From positions 2,899-66,898 of the forward strand of contig JACRPT010000004.1 of assembly GCA_016223045.1 (NCBI GenBank): DNA of 64,000 bases. Direction: 5' to 3'. Shown here in pieces: positions 8,675-19,677 of this stretch. Below the pieces are notes generated by a model. It was not told the DNA's origin, did no database searches, and worked only from the letters and a program-made list of their open reading frames with translations. The DNA is from Candidatus Eiseniibacteriota bacterium (GTDB lineage: Bacteria > Eisenbacteria > RBG-16-71-46). The translations under genes were made by a program, and so were the position numbers. The stretch's first letter is position 1, and the number at the start of each line of letters is the position of its first letter.

Positions 8675-10276
8675 GGGCCGTCGCTCCGTCCGCGGGACGC
8701 CGCGGCTCGCATCGCCGGCGCGCCCCAGCTCACGCAGCGCGGCGGGCAGCATCCCGGCCGCGTCGCCGGCGGTGAAGCCCACCGCGCCGCGGTCGCGCGC
8801 GCACAGGTCGCCCGCCAGCCCGTGCACGAACACGCCCGCGCGCGCGGCGTCGTAGGGCGCCAGCCCCTGCGCGAGCAGCGCCGCGATCACGCCCGCGAGC
8901 ACGTCGCCCATCCCCGCGGTCGCCATGCCGGGATTGCCGGTGGGATTCACGGTGGCGCGGCCGTCGGCTGACGCCGTCACGGTCGGTGCGCCCTTCAGCA
9001 CCACCACGCAGCCCCAGCGCACCGCCCACTCGCGGCACGCGTCGAGCCGGCCCGCCTCGAGCGCGGCGACGCTCTCGCCGGTGAGGCGCGCCATCTCGCC
9101 GAGGTGCGGCGTGAGCACGCGCGGCGCCGCGCCGGCGCCGGGCGATCCGGCCGCTCCGGCGAACGCGTTGAGCCCGTCCGCGTCGAGCACGAACGGCGCG
9201 GGAGCCTGCGCCGCGAGCCGGCGCACCAGCTCCGCGCACTCGCGCCCGAGCGAGAGGCCCGAGCCCAGCACCAGCGCGTCCACCTCCGCGGCGCGCGCCA
9301 GCACCGGCGTGAGCGCGGCGAGCGCCAGCGTGCGCTGTGGCGCCTCCGGCACCGGGATGGTCATCTCCTCGGTGAGCTTCACCTCGAGGATGTCGTTGAG
9401 GCTCGCCGGCACCGCGGCCTGCACGTAGCCGGCGCCCGCGCGCGAGGCGGCGCGCGCCGCGAGCGCCACCGCGCCGGTCAGCCCGGGCGAGCCTCCCACC
9501 ACGAGCACGCGGCCCACCGAGCCCTTGTGGGCGCGCGGGTCGCGTTGCGGGATGAGCGCCTCCATCTCCGCGGACGTCGCGAGCGAGAAGTGGAAGCCGC
9601 GCGGGTCGCCATCGTCGTCCACCAGCCCGATGTCCACCACCTCGAGGTCCCCGGCGAACGCGCGTCCGGGGTAGAGGACGTGCCCGCGCTTGGGGTGGCC
9701 GAAGGTTACCGTGAGGTCCGCGCGCACGGCGCGGCGCGCGATCTCGCCGGTGTCGGCGCCGACGCCGGTCGGGAGGTCCACCGCCACCACGCGGGTGCCG
9801 GCCTCGTCCAGCTCGCGCAGCGCCTGCACCGCGGTCGCGGCCAGCGCTTCGGGCTCGCCCCGCGCGCCGGTGCCGAGCACCGCGTCGAGCGCGAAGTCCC
9901 AGGGCTCGCGCGACGCCACCAGCAGCGCCAGGTCCTCTTCGGACAGGAGCGGTTGCGCCGCGAGACCCGCCGTGCGCATCCGCTCGAGGTGGACGAGCGC
10001 GTCGTCCTGGACGCGGTCGGGTAAGCCGAGCAGCCCGACCGTGACGTCGGCGCCGCGCGCGCGCAGGTGGCGCGCCGCGACGAAGCCGTCGCCGCCGTTG
10101 TTGCCGGTGCCGCACAGCACCAGCACGCGCAGCGCCAGCGGCGAGCCGTAGCGCCGCTCCATCGCCGCGGCCACGCCGGCCCCCGCGCGCTCCATCAGGT
10201 CGGGGCCCGCGCAGTGCCCGCCCGCGATGGTGGCGCGGTCGAGGCGGCGCATCTCTTCGGCCGTGAGCAGGAGCAT
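8666..10276 (-). CDS. nnr: Bifunctional NAD(P)H-hydrate epimerase / ADP-dependent dehydratase (YjeF N-terminal and C-terminal domains)
   Basis: 536 aa. The N-terminal part carries the GTGNNGGDG epimerase motif. The C-terminal part is a carbohydrate-kinase-like dehydratase domain. Confidence 0.8.
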   Translation of the reverse strand: MLLLTAEEMRRLDRATIAGGHCAGPDLMERAGAGVAAAMERRYGSPLALRVLVLCGTGNNGGDGFVAARHLRARGADVTVGLLGLPDRVQDDALVHLERMRTAGLAAQPLLSEEDLALLVASREPWDFALDAVLGTGARGEPEALAATAVQALRELDEAGTRVVAVDLPTGVGADTGEIARRAVRADLTVTFGHPKRGHVLYPGRAFAGDLEVVDIGLVDDDGDPRGFHFSLATSAEMEALIPQRDPRAHKGSVGRVLVVGGSPGLTGAVALAARAASRAGAGYVQAAVPASLNDILEVKLTEEMTIPVPEAPQRTLALAALTPVLARAAEVDALVLGSGLSLGRECAELVRRLAAQAPAPFVLDADGLNAFAGAAGSPGAGAAPRVLTPHLGEMARLTGESVAALEAGRLDACREWAVRWGCVVVLKGAPTVTASADGRATVNPTGNPGMATAGMGDVLAGVIAALLAQGLAPYDAARAGVFVHGLAGDLCARDRGAVGFTAGDAAGMLPAALRELGRAGDASRGVPRTERRPAR

Positions 10277-10277
10277 G

Positions 10278-11087
10278 TCAGTAGAGCCGGAAGGTGACGG
10301 GGATGACCACCCGGTAGCGGCACGGCCGGCCCTGCCAGGTCCGGGGCTCGAACCGCCAGCGCCGCACGGCGTCGAGCGCGGCCGCGTCCAGCTCGGGGAT
10401 GCCGCGCAGCACGTGCGCCTCCAGCACGTCGCCCGCGGGCCCGACCAGGGCGAGCAGCCGGACCCGGCCCTGCACGCCCGCCTTGCGCGCGGCCTCCGGG
10501 TAATCGACGGGCGCGCGCTCCAGCACTCGGGCGTTCGCGTAGCGCATCTGCAGCGGGCCCTCGGCGACGGCGAGTGTCTCGGGCGAGACCGGCACGGGAT
10601 CGGCGACCACCATGCCCGCCGCGGAATCGCGCACCGCAGGCGGAACGACCGCTGCGCGCACGGACGGCGGCAGCGGCTCGACGGTCGCCTTGAGCTGCCC
10701 GCCGGCCACCTCGAGATGGACCCTCGCTTTCCCCAGCCAGTCGCACACGCTCTGCCGGGGCCTGCGCTCGGTGCAGCGGCGGCGGTAGCCGAGGCGCGCG
10801 AGCTGGTCCTCGACGTAGCTCACCTGGTGGCCGGCGGCGTCCTTCACCTCGACGCGCGCGCGTGCGAGGCGGTCGTCCTCGAAGGTGAGCACGGCCTCGG
10901 CGTCGAGCCCGAAGAAGCGGCAGGAGCCGGCGCGCTCGGCCGGGTCGCCGGCCGCGGGCGCGTGGAAACCGCGCGCCTCGACCGCCGCGCGCGGCAGCCC
11001 GAAGCGCAGCGGCATGCCGGGCACGCGCACGGCGGTGTCCGCGGGCGCCTGCGTGGCGAGCGCCCCGGCGAGCAGCACGGCTAGCAT
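10278..11087 (-). CDS. TonB C-terminal-domain protein (energy-transducer-like)
   Basis: Signal/anchor MLAVLLAGALA. The C-terminus YPEAARKAGVQGRVRLLALVGPAGDVLEAHVLRGIPELDAAALDAVRRWRFEP matches the TonB_C fold pattern. Confidence 0.6.
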   Translation of the reverse strand: MLAVLLAGALATQAPADTAVRVPGMPLRFGLPRAAVEARGFHAPAAGDPAERAGSCRFFGLDAEAVLTFEDDRLARARVEVKDAAGHQVSYVEDQLARLGYRRRCTERRPRQSVCDWLGKARVHLEVAGGQLKATVEPLPPSVRAAVVPPAVRDSAAGMVVADPVPVSPETLAVAEGPLQMRYANARVLERAPVDYPEAARKAGVQGRVRLLALVGPAGDVLEAHVLRGIPELDAAALDAVRRWRFEPRTWQGRPCRYRVVIPVTFRLY

Positions 11088-11100
11088 CCCGCGTCCCGCG

Positions 11101-11442
11101 TCAGCGCTTGCGGGCGCGCGCGCGGGCTTCGAAGGTCAGCTCGCGGATCAGACGCTGCCTGTACTCGGCGTCGCGCTCCACACGGCCCGGCAGATCGGGG
11201 TCGGAGGAGATGAACGGCAGGTCGAAGAACTCGAGATCCGCTTCCTGCTCGGCGTAGATGCGCTCCTGCTCGTGGCGCTGGAAGGACACGGCGCGCTCCA
11301 CCGTCTCCCACGTCCTGCCGGGCAGGAAGGCCTTGTTGTAGACGTCGAAGACGTACACGTGGAAGTGGCCGTCGAGGCCGGCAGTGCCCTCGGGCGGCTG
11401 GTGGACCTTCGCCTTCGAAGCCTTGACCTTGCCCTCACCCAT
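11101..11442 (-). CDS. Hypothetical protein (114 aa; MGEGKVK...)
   Basis: Protein-like composition, GGAGGA upstream of the ATG, and an 8-nt overlap with the upstream HAD hydrolase gene. No motif recognised. Confidence 0.4.
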   Translation of the reverse strand: MGEGKVKASKAKVHQPPEGTAGLDGHFHVYVFDVYNKAFLPGRTWETVERAVSFQRHEQERIYAEQEADLEFFDLPFISSDPDLPGRVERDAEYRQRLIRELTFEARARARKR

Positions 11443-12166
11443 GCGTCCTCCCCGTGCGGGTCCGGGCGTCCTCGCCGTGCGGGGCGGGAACACCATTCAG
11501 CTGGTCCACGATGCGCACCAGCTCGTACACGTCGTCAACGTCGTAGTCCGCGCCCGACTCCTGCGTGCCGAAGGTGTCGCCGTAGCGCGCGAAGACCGTC
11601 TTCATGCCGAGGCTCCGGCCGCCCACCACGTCGCGCTCGGCCCAGTCGCCGACCATGAGCGACTCGCGCGGCTCGACCGCGAGCCGGCGCAGCACCTCGC
11701 GGAACGGCGCGGCATCGGGCTTGCGCGCCTGCGTGTCGTCGAAGGTCACGACCGCGTCGAACACGTGCTGGAGCGAGAGCGAGCACAGGCGCTGCCACAC
11801 CTGGGCGCGCGGCGCGTCGGAGACCACGCCCAGCCGGGTGCCGCGCTTGGCCAGCTCGAGCAGCGCGAGCTGCACGTGCGGGTAGAGCTTCATGGATGCG
11901 CGTACCTGGCGATAGGCGACGATGCCCGAGGCGTGGATCTTGGGGTCGATGACGCCGAACTCGCGCTCGAGCAGCTCGTCGAACACGCGCTGGTACTCGA
12001 GCCCCTTCTCCTGGTAGATGGCGTCGATGCGCGCGCGCAGCACTTCGCGCGGCAGGTTGAGGCCGGCGTCGATCATCCCGTCGATCGCGGCCTCCACGGC
12101 GTCCGCCTTCATCTTCATGAAGTCGGTCAGCGTGTTGTCGAGGTCGAAGACGATGGCGCGGATCAA
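11435..12166 (-). CDS. HAD-superfamily hydrolase
   Basis: Motif I FDLDNTL at the N-terminus and the downstream HAD motifs (VVSDAP, K...GDW..D). Confidence 0.75.
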   Translation of the reverse strand: MIRAIVFDLDNTLTDFMKMKADAVEAAIDGMIDAGLNLPREVLRARIDAIYQEKGLEYQRVFDELLEREFGVIDPKIHASGIVAYRQVRASMKLYPHVQLALLELAKRGTRLGVVSDAPRAQVWQRLCSLSLQHVFDAVVTFDDTQARKPDAAPFREVLRRLAVEPRESLMVGDWAERDVVGGRSLGMKTVFARYGDTFGTQESGADYDVDDVYELVRIVDQLNGVPAPHGEDARTRTGRTHG

Positions 12167-12179
12167 GACGGTTCGGACC

Positions 12180-12374
12180 TCATTTCGTGGAAGGTCCGAT
12201 GGTGCGGCCCAGGCTGATCTCGCCGTTGTCGATGCGGACGTTGAACCCGCAGGCGGGATTGCTGCACACCCAGGCCTTGTAGGTGATCGGCGCCCCGTCC
12301 CGCCCGTAGTCGGACAGCGGCAGCAGCACCCCGTCGTTGCACTTGCGGCACTCGGGAAAGCTCATCGTCTCCAT
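12180..12374 (-). CDS. Small zinc-ribbon protein (CxxC...CxxxxC)
   Basis: METMSFPECRKCNDG....CSNPACGF. A strong ribosome-binding site, GGGAGGGGG, sits directly upstream of the internal ATG. Confidence 0.5.
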   Translation of the reverse strand: METMSFPECRKCNDGVLLPLSDYGRDGAPITYKAWVCSNPACGFNVRIDNGEISLGRTIGPSTK

Positions 12375-12530
12375 CCCAGGCCCCCTCCCTCTCGATGACC
12401 AGCCGGCGAAGCGCACGCCGGGCCCATTCTAGGCGCGCTTCGGGCGGCGGTGTCAACGGGAATGCCCGGCGGCCGCGGCGGATCGCCCGCCCGCGCCCGG
12501 GGCGGCCCCGAATGCCGCCCGGCGCGCCCC

Positions 12531-13259
12531 TCACCCCCGCGACACGATGCCCGCGGAAACCGGCCAGATCGTGACGTCGCCCAGCGCGACGTGCTCCGGG
12601 GCGGCACAGATGAAGGCCACCAGGGAAGCCACCTCGGCGGGCTCCAGGACGCGGTCGCGCTCCGGCGAGCCCGGCTCGATCCGGCGCCCCGCCGAGTTCA
12701 CGCTGTGCGGCGAGACGATGCTCACCCGGATGCGGTGCGGTTTCACCTCCAGCGCCACCGACTCGAGCAGTCCGCGCAGCCCCCACTTGCTCGCGGCGTA
12801 GGCCGCGGCGCCGGGCTGGCCGACCCGGCCCCCCAGCGAGCCCACGCCCACGATGGTGCCGCGCTTCTGCTCGATCAGCCACGGCAGGGTGGCCTTCAGC
12901 GTCAGGAACGCGCCCTTGAGGTTCAGGTCGAGCAGGGTGTCCCACAGCTCCTCGCTGGTCTCGTGGACCGGCGCTCCCTGCCAGGTGCCGGCGTTCAGCA
13001 CCACGATGTCGAGGCGGCCCCAGCGCTCGAGCGTGGCGCGCGCCGCGCCCTCGATCTCGGCCGCGACCGTCACGTCGGCGGGGGCGGCGAGGGCGTCCGT
13101 GCCCGCCGCGCGCAGTCCCTCCACCGCCTGCTCCAGCGCGTCCCCGGCGCGCGCCACGCAGGAGATCGAGGCGCCTTCGGCCGCGAGCGCGCGCGCGATG
13201 GCGAGCCCGAGCCCGCGGCTCGCCCCGCTGATGAGCGCCACCTGGCCGTCGAGTCTCAT
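12531..13259 (-). CDS. SDR-family short-chain dehydrogenase/reductase
   Basis: Start at the internal ATG (MRLDGQVALISGASRGLGL, a TGxxxGxG Rossmann motif). Catalytic YAASK motif present. The 64 residues upstream in the track ORF are junk. Confidence 0.8.
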   Translation of the reverse strand: MRLDGQVALISGASRGLGLAIARALAAEGASISCVARAGDALEQAVEGLRAAGTDALAAPADVTVAAEIEGAARATLERWGRLDIVVLNAGTWQGAPVHETSEELWDTLLDLNLKGAFLTLKATLPWLIEQKRGTIVGVGSLGGRVGQPGAAAYAASKWGLRGLLESVALEVKPHRIRVSIVSPHSVNSAGRRIEPGSPERDRVLEPAEVASLVAFICAAPEHVALGDVTIWPVSAGIVSRG

Positions 13260-14137
13260 GGATCCTCCCCGGCGGCGGGTCGAAGATGCTCCGGCCCGAC
13301 CGCCTGCCCGGCCCCTGCCGGGAGCAGGTGCGAGTAGTCGTCGAAGGGCGCGGCGCACGGCCGGCCTTCGGCGTGAACGTAGCGGAAGCCGCCGGCGCCG
13401 AGCCACACGCGCGCCGAGGAGACCGTGACGATGCCGCCCGCGTGGATGCACACCGCGGGCGCGCCGCCGCCCGCGTGCCGGCTCATCAGCTCCGCCACGC
13501 GCGCCTCGGCCTCGGCGCGCGAGCGCGGCGCGAACCCGGCGAGCCGGCCGACCAGCCAGGCGGCGCGCGGCTCGTCCGGGTCGTCGAGCCGGGTGTGGGT
13601 GAGCACGTGCCAGCCCGGCCCGATCTCCTCGACCGTGGCCTCGGTCCGGCCGTCATGCCCCAGCACCCAGCAGGCCGCGGGCGAGGCGAACACCAGCGAG
13701 AACGGGGCGACGCGCGCCTCCGCGAGCGCCGCGCGCGCCCGCGCGAGCGCCCGCGCGGCCAGCGGCTCGCGACCCGCGTCCCATGCCCGGGGCGACGCGA
13801 CCGGCTCGCGGAGCCGGTGACCGGGCAGCGGGTCGGCGGGCCGCGGCGTCTCCCCGACCGCGGCCACGTCGAGCGCGAGCAGCCCGCGCGAGCGGCGCGC
13901 GTGGTCGGGCGGCTCGAGCGCGGCCGGACGCCGGTTCAGCATCGCGACCGCGGCCTCGCGCCCGCGCAGCGCGAGCCAGGTCCCGCCCGCGAGACGATCC
14001 CGCCCGCCGGCGATGGGCGGCGAGCGCCGCAGCAGCAGCGGCGGGTCGGAGGGGCGCGCCGGATCCTCGTCGCGGTTCGCGGCGAGCAGCACCGAGCCGC
14101 GTTCCGCGACCCCGACACCGAGGATGAGCGTGCACAC
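13256..14137 (-). CDS. NRDE-family protein
   Basis: N-terminus MCTLILGV....AANRDE, the characteristic NRDE motif. Its stop overlaps the SDR start by 4 nt. Confidence 0.7.
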   Translation of the reverse strand: MCTLILGVGVAERGSVLLAANRDEDPARPSDPPLLLRRSPPIAGGRDRLAGGTWLALRGREAAVAMLNRRPAALEPPDHARRSRGLLALDVAAVGETPRPADPLPGHRLREPVASPRAWDAGREPLAARALARARAALAEARVAPFSLVFASPAACWVLGHDGRTEATVEEIGPGWHVLTHTRLDDPDEPRAAWLVGRLAGFAPRSRAEAEARVAELMSRHAGGGAPAVCIHAGGIVTVSSARVWLGAGGFRYVHAEGRPCAAPFDDYSHLLPAGAGQAVGPEHLRPAAGEDP

Positions 14138-14309
14138 CCGGCCAATCTAGGCACCCGCCCGCCCCGCGGTCAACGCACGCTTCCTGCCGGACGCGGCTCC
14201 CGCCACTCCGGATGCGGCCGCCCCGCCACATCGAGCGTTGTCACGGTAGCGCACCGGGCGATAGACTCGCGCCTCGCTCACGTGCCGCGCCGGCCCCGCG
14301 GGCCGGGGC

Positions 14310-16832
14310 GTGGCCATCCTGCCGGGTCATCCCCAGGAGGAGATCCCGCTGAAGCTCCGCTTCGCCGCGCCCGCGCCGGCCGCGCTCATCGCGGGCACTG
14401 CGGCCGCCGTCCGCGCGCTGGCCGCGCTCATCGCGGGCGCGCTGCCCGCCGCGCGCTGGCGCGCCCTGCCGTCCGTCCGGCTGGCGGGAACGCTGGCCGC
14501 GCTTGCCCTCCTCCTGCTCGGCCCCGGGCGCGCCGCGGCGGTCCTCGACATCGCTGACCGCGGCCCGGTCCTGAATGCCGGCAATTTCGCCATGCGCGTC
14601 ACCAACACCGGCATCCTCGGCAACGCCTTCTTCGACCGCGGCCTCTCCTTCGACCCCTCCTTCGAATTCCCCAGGGGCTCGGGCCACGAGGCCCTGAGCC
14701 GCGCCGAGCTGTGGGTGGGGGCGCGCAACGCCCGGGGCCAGCTGCGGGTCTCGGGCGGGCCGATGCTGGAGTGGCGGCCCACGCTCGACCCGGAGGACCG
14801 CGTGCTCACCGGCTGGGCCGGTCGTCCGGGCTCGAAGCGGGGCGTGGACGACGACGGCGACGGCACGGTGGACGAGGAGATCTTCAACGGCAAGGACGAC
14901 GACGGCGACGGCGAGGTGGACGAGGATCTGGGGTTCGCGTCGCAGCAGGTGCTGGCGGCGGAGTACGTGGACGACCGCCCGGAGGCGGTGAACTACGGCT
15001 ATCCGAACGGGGAGCATCACGAGCCGCTGGGGCTGTCGGTGCACCAGGAGTGCTACGCCTGGTCGGTGCCGGGCTACGACGGGATCGCGGGGGTGCAGTT
15101 CACCATCACCAACCACGGGACGGAGACGCTGCAGCAGCTCTACCTGGGGCTCTACTGCGACCTCGACTCGCGCGGCCGGCAGGAGCCCGGCGGGCACCTC
15201 GACGACCGGCTGGCGTGGCGCACCAGCTCGGTCGTGATCCACGAAGGGACCTCGGTCTTCGGGGCCTTCATCAAGGACTGCTTCACGCGTCTCGGCGGCA
15301 CCGTGCCGGTGGTGATGGACGGAGTGCCGGGCTCGGGGCTGCCGTGCGTCGCCGTGGTGCCGTTCACCCACAGCACCGACCCGCTCGCACTGCTCGACAA
15401 CGATGCGTTCGGCCCCGCGGTGGCGCAGGCGCGCGCCCAGGCGCACGCGCCGGGGCGGGACACGACCTTCCACTTCACCGTGTTCGCGCAGGACCTGCCG
15501 CCCGGGCAGGGCGGACCGCCGGTGGTGGACGGCGACCGCTACGACGCGCTGGCCGGGCGCTACCCCGGCGCGACGACCGCGGCCGCGCGCGACTACGCAG
15601 TGCTGGTGCGCGCGGGCCCGTTCCCCATGCTGCCGCCCGGGTCCTCGCTCCAGTTCGCGGTCGGCTTCGTGGCGACCGCGGAGCTGGACAGCATGCCGGC
15701 CGCGATCGGCAACGCCGCGTTCCTCCACAACGGGACGCGCCTCAACCTGCTGCCGGACTCGAACGTGGTCTCGACCGTGGTGGGCCGTTCCGGCATCAAC
15801 GGGCACGAGGTCTGCCTCGCCGCTCCGCCCGGCATCACCTTCAACTACGACCCGCACTGCCCGCAGAAGTTCGTCAACGACCCGGCCTACTGGCCGCTGC
15901 CGGGATTCCCGCCGGGCGTGTCGAGCGAGGAGACCTACACCGCCGGCCGCTGCATCTGGACCGACGCCGACTGCGACGCCTGCACCGGGCTCGACGGGCG
16001 CGAGACCGTCCTGCGCTGGCTCGACCCGGGCACCGTGCCGCCGGCGCCCGCATATCGCACGGTGCGCGGCGACCACCAGGTGCACGTCGAGTGGGACAAC
16101 ACCCCCGAGATCCTGCTCGGCGCCGGCATGACCGGCGCGACCGGCTTCTCCTTCGCCGGCTACCGGCTCTACCGGCTCTCCGACTGGTCGCGCGAGTCCG
16201 AGCTGCCGCCCGCACGCCAGTGGCAGCTCATCGGCGCGTTCGGCACCGACACGCTCAACCGCGAGACGCCGCTCGCGTCGATCACGGACAGCACGCTCGG
16301 CTACGACGTCATCCAGTACGGCAGGAAGCACTACCCGATCGGGCGCTACCGCGTGGCCGACCGCGAGGTGTTGAACGGCTTCGACTACCTCTACGTGGTG
16401 ACCACGGTCTCGGAGAAGCGCACGGTGAGCGGGGGCGCGACCAGCTTCCAGCGCCTCGAGAGCCCGCTGGTGGCCGCGCTCGACTCGATCGTGGTGCCGC
16501 ACCTGACCGCGCGCAGCGACGTCTCGCAGGTCTGGGTGGTGCCGAATCCCTACCGCGCTCACGCGCCCTGGGACCGCCCGCCGGTGCCGGGCGACCCGTT
16601 CGGCCGGCACGTGGACTTCTTCGGCCTGCCGCGCACGAAGAGCACGATCCGCATCTACACGGTGGCCGGGGACTTCGTGGCGCAGGTGGACCACGATGGC
16701 ACGGGCGGCGACGGGCAGGCCGCGTGGAACCTGATCTCCAGGAACGGGCAGGACGTGGAGAGCGGGCTCTACCTGTTCACCGTGGACTCGACCGCCGGGC
16801 ACGTCGTCGGGAGATTCGTGCTCATCCGATAG
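14310..16832 (+). CDS. Large exported protein with acidic Ca-binding repeats (DDDGDGTVDEE..DDDGDGEVDED) and a T9SS/Por-type C-terminal domain
   Basis: 840 aa. Hydrophobic N-terminal region. The C-terminal roughly 80 aa show the Por-tail pattern (VVPNPY, IRIYTVAGDFV, SGLYLFTV, GRFVLIR). The start codon is uncertain. The 853-aa ORF on the opposite strand is judged spurious. Confidence 0.6.
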   Translation: MAILPGHPQEEIPLKLRFAAPAPAALIAGTAAAVRALAALIAGALPAARWRALPSVRLAGTLAALALLLLGPGRAAAVLDIADRGPVLNAGNFAMRVTNTGILGNAFFDRGLSFDPSFEFPRGSGHEALSRAELWVGARNARGQLRVSGGPMLEWRPTLDPEDRVLTGWAGRPGSKRGVDDDGDGTVDEEIFNGKDDDGDGEVDEDLGFASQQVLAAEYVDDRPEAVNYGYPNGEHHEPLGLSVHQECYAWSVPGYDGIAGVQFTITNHGTETLQQLYLGLYCDLDSRGRQEPGGHLDDRLAWRTSSVVIHEGTSVFGAFIKDCFTRLGGTVPVVMDGVPGSGLPCVAVVPFTHSTDPLALLDNDAFGPAVAQARAQAHAPGRDTTFHFTVFAQDLPPGQGGPPVVDGDRYDALAGRYPGATTAAARDYAVLVRAGPFPMLPPGSSLQFAVGFVATAELDSMPAAIGNAAFLHNGTRLNLLPDSNVVSTVVGRSGINGHEVCLAAPPGITFNYDPHCPQKFVNDPAYWPLPGFPPGVSSEETYTAGRCIWTDADCDACTGLDGRETVLRWLDPGTVPPAPAYRTVRGDHQVHVEWDNTPEILLGAGMTGATGFSFAGYRLYRLSDWSRESELPPARQWQLIGAFGTDTLNRETPLASITDSTLGYDVIQYGRKHYPIGRYRVADREVLNGFDYLYVVTTVSEKRTVSGGATSFQRLESPLVAALDSIVVPHLTARSDVSQVWVVPNPYRAHAPWDRPPVPGDPFGRHVDFFGLPRTKSTIRIYTVAGDFVAQVDHDGTGGDGQAAWNLISRNGQDVESGLYLFTVDSTAGHVVGRFVLIR

Positions 16833-16877
16833 AGCCGGCGCGGGCCGGACCGGCCCAGCGGCCCCGCCGTCGGCGCG

Positions 16878-19129
16878 CTACCTCGTCACCGGCGCTCTCG
16901 GCAGCCCCCAGATCCCCTGCAGCACGAAGTCCGCGACCTGGATGGCCTGCGCGCGCTGGAAGTACCAGAGCGGGAACCCCGAGAACACCACCGGTCCGAC
17001 CTCACTGCCGTGGTAGTAGGTCATGATCGGCTCGCCCTCCGGCACGCTGCCCCCCAGGGCGTAGTAGATCGTGTCGAGCGCCGCGCCCTCCTGGTAGATG
17101 TCCGGATCCGGGTCCACGTCCTCCACCACCTGGTTGGCCTTGCTGAGGAACTCGCCCCGGTACGACGTCTGGTAGAACGTGCCGGCTCCGCGCTCGGGCG
17201 GCACCGGGTCGGTCCCCGTCGTGCGCTCCAGGAGCAGCGCGGGCAGCACCGAGTAGTCGGGCGCGCCCGGCCACGGCCGGAAGACCGTGTTGCGTTCCGC
17301 CTGCCGCGGCTGGCCCAGCGTGATCTCGGACTCCCAGTGCGGGCCGCTGTACATCATGCGCCCGGGCGCCAGCTCGCCGGCGCTGCTCGAGAACACCGTG
17401 CCGCCGACGTCGTTCGAGGTCACGTTGAAGGGGAGCAGGCTGTTGTAGGCGATGCCGCCGCCCATGAGCCAGGTCTTGCCGCCCAGCTTCATGTAGATGG
17501 CGAGCGTGTTGGCCTGGCCTGGCTGGCTGATCCAGCGCAGCGTCGGCATCGGGTAGCGGTTGTAGGTCGGCGCTTCGGTGAAGGTCTGCGCCGGGTCGCA
17601 GTACCACACTACGTGCCGGTAGCCCGCGAGCTTCGCCAGCGGCACCAGCCCCCCGGGCAGCCCGCGCGTGCCGAGCGTGTCGAAGGAGTAGCCGTTGAAG
17701 ATCCCGGGCGGACTGAGCTGCGTGACCGGCAGGTAGTAGCGCCAGCGCACGCCGCCGCGCGCGAACAGGAACGTGTCGAGCTCGGCCGCGCTCGGCCAGA
17801 GGCCCCCGGGCGCCAGCACGCTGTCGGGGCGCGAGCGGATGGACTGGTCGGGCGCGAAGCGCGTGTCGTCCACGAACAGCAGCTCCCTGGCGAACGACGG
17901 CCGGATCACCTTCATCTGGATCACCGCCAGACTCTTCAGCCCGTTGTCGTCCTCGGCCTCGATGTAGAAGAAGTGCTGCTCGAGCGACTCGGGGGACGCG
18001 CCCGCGAACGGGCCGACCGTGCCCGAACGGGTGCTCGCGCTCGCCAGGCTCCAGTGCGTGACGTCGGTGGCCTCGTTGGTGCGCCGCGTCTCGTCGTCCA
18101 GCCGCTCGATGTCCATCGCCCAGCGGAACGACTTGAGGTTGGCGCCCGACTGGGCGGTCGCGGTCCACCAGAACGGGATGCGCTGGCCGAACGGCACCTC
18201 GACGCGCACCCAGGTCGTGGGGTCGGGGTTGTAGCCGCCGGTCGCGTAGGTGTAGCTGAAGTATTCGTTCCACACCGTCATCTGCGGGCCCTGGCGCCCG
18301 GTGTACTGGCACAGGAAGTAGAGCAGGTTGCCGTCGTAGTTGAAGACCGGCGAGTAGGCGCCCGCCTCGTCGAACGACACCACCGCCATCACGTACTTCT
18401 TGTAGGGGATCATGTTCGACACCCGCACCGTGACGGTGTCGCCGCTCACCGAGTCCCAGCCCGCGAAGCCGGGTGCGTAGTAGCGGCGCAGGGAGTCGGG
18501 CCGCAGCAGCATCACGAGGAAGGTGAAGTCCTGGTTGTCCTCGGAGAACAGCCGGTACTTGTACTTCACCGGCCTCTTCGTGCTCTGCCCGTCGGGATCC
18601 GTCCCGGTCCAGGTGAAGCTCGTCGAGGGCGGGACCATCGGCTGGAGCAGGTGGTTGGCCTTCGGCTGGATGAACTCCACGGTGGGCGCCACGGTGTAGG
18701 AGAAGAACGCCTGCGCGACCGGCGCCGAGGCCAGCCCGCGGTCGTCCATCGCCTTGAGGACGAACACGTGGAAGCCGCCGGGGTTCGACTTCGTGCCCAG
18801 CGTGTCCGGGTCGCCGGAGCGCAGCAGCAGGGTCTTGCGGTTCTCGCTGGTGGAAACCCAGGCGGTCTCGGCGTTCGCCCCGGTGGGCGGGTCCAGCGCG
18901 TAGAGGTAGCGGTCCACGTGCCCGTCCGGGTCGAACGCGGTCCAGAACACCTCGTAGGCGTAGAAATAGGGCAGGCTCGTGCTGGCGGGCGCCTGGGTCA
19001 GGCGCACCACCGGCCGCTGGTTCTCGACCACCGGCAGCACGATCTTCCGGTTGCGGCTGCACGCGGGTACGATCAGCGCGAGCGCCGCCAGCGCGGCGGT
19101 GAGCGCCGCGCGCGTTCCACGGACCGTCA
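16878..19129 (-). CDS. Large hypothetical lipoprotein (750 aa)
   Basis: Internal ATG giving MTVRGTRAALTAALAALALIVPACS, a signal peptide followed by Cys. GGGAGAGGG ribosome-binding site upstream. Protein-like composition throughout. Confidence 0.55.
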
Positions 19130-19423
19130 TCTGGACGCCCTCTCCCGGCGCGGCTTCGCCGGTCGCCGTGTCCGGGCACCTGTCTCGCCGCGCGGGGAAG
19201 GGGGACGCGCGGGTCGCTGCCTCCGGGCGGGCCGACCGGTCACGGCCCGGACCGGGCGGCAAGCATAGTCCCCGGCCGTGACGAACCGCAACGCGCGCCC
19301 CTCCGTGCTCGCGACGACTCGTGCGGGTCCGGCCTGGACCGCCCGCGCCCGGGTGTGCGTCACCTGCCCGGCGCGCCCGCGCCGGACGCCCGGCCTGCGA
19401 TTGGATTGGCCGCGCCCGCGGCC

Positions 19424-19627
19424 CTAGCCCGGTCTATTCATGAGCCCGCCGCCTGCGAGCGCGATCTGCACGCCATCCGCAGCGTCGTTCGACCGGCCGC
19501 GACCCACGCTTCGCGTGGGTGCCCCGCGACGTGTCACCGACACGACTCCGTCGCGGCCGGTCGAACTCCTTGCGGCTGCCGCGCATCTCGCACTCTCGGC
19601 TGGCGGTTCATGAATAGGCCGGGCTAG
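19424..19627. mobile_element. Correia-like MITE / palindromic repeat, copy 1 (204 bp)
   Basis: Terminal inverted repeats CTAGCCCGGTCTATTCATGA...TCATGAATAGGCCGGGCTAG. Nested internal inverted repeat GTTCGACCGGCCGC...GCGGCCGGTCGAAC. Roughly 90% identical to copy 2 at 30075-30257, apart from a central indel. Confidence 0.6.
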
Positions 19628-19677
19628 AATCGCCGGGCTCGCAATCGCAGGCGACCCCGTCCCCGAGGAGCCCGACC

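Noticed and set aside
14241-16802. 853-aa ORF on the - strand opposite the T9SS-tail protein
   Set aside because: Low-complexity and Arg-rich. The + strand product has a signal region, Ca-binding repeats and a Por-type C-terminal domain.
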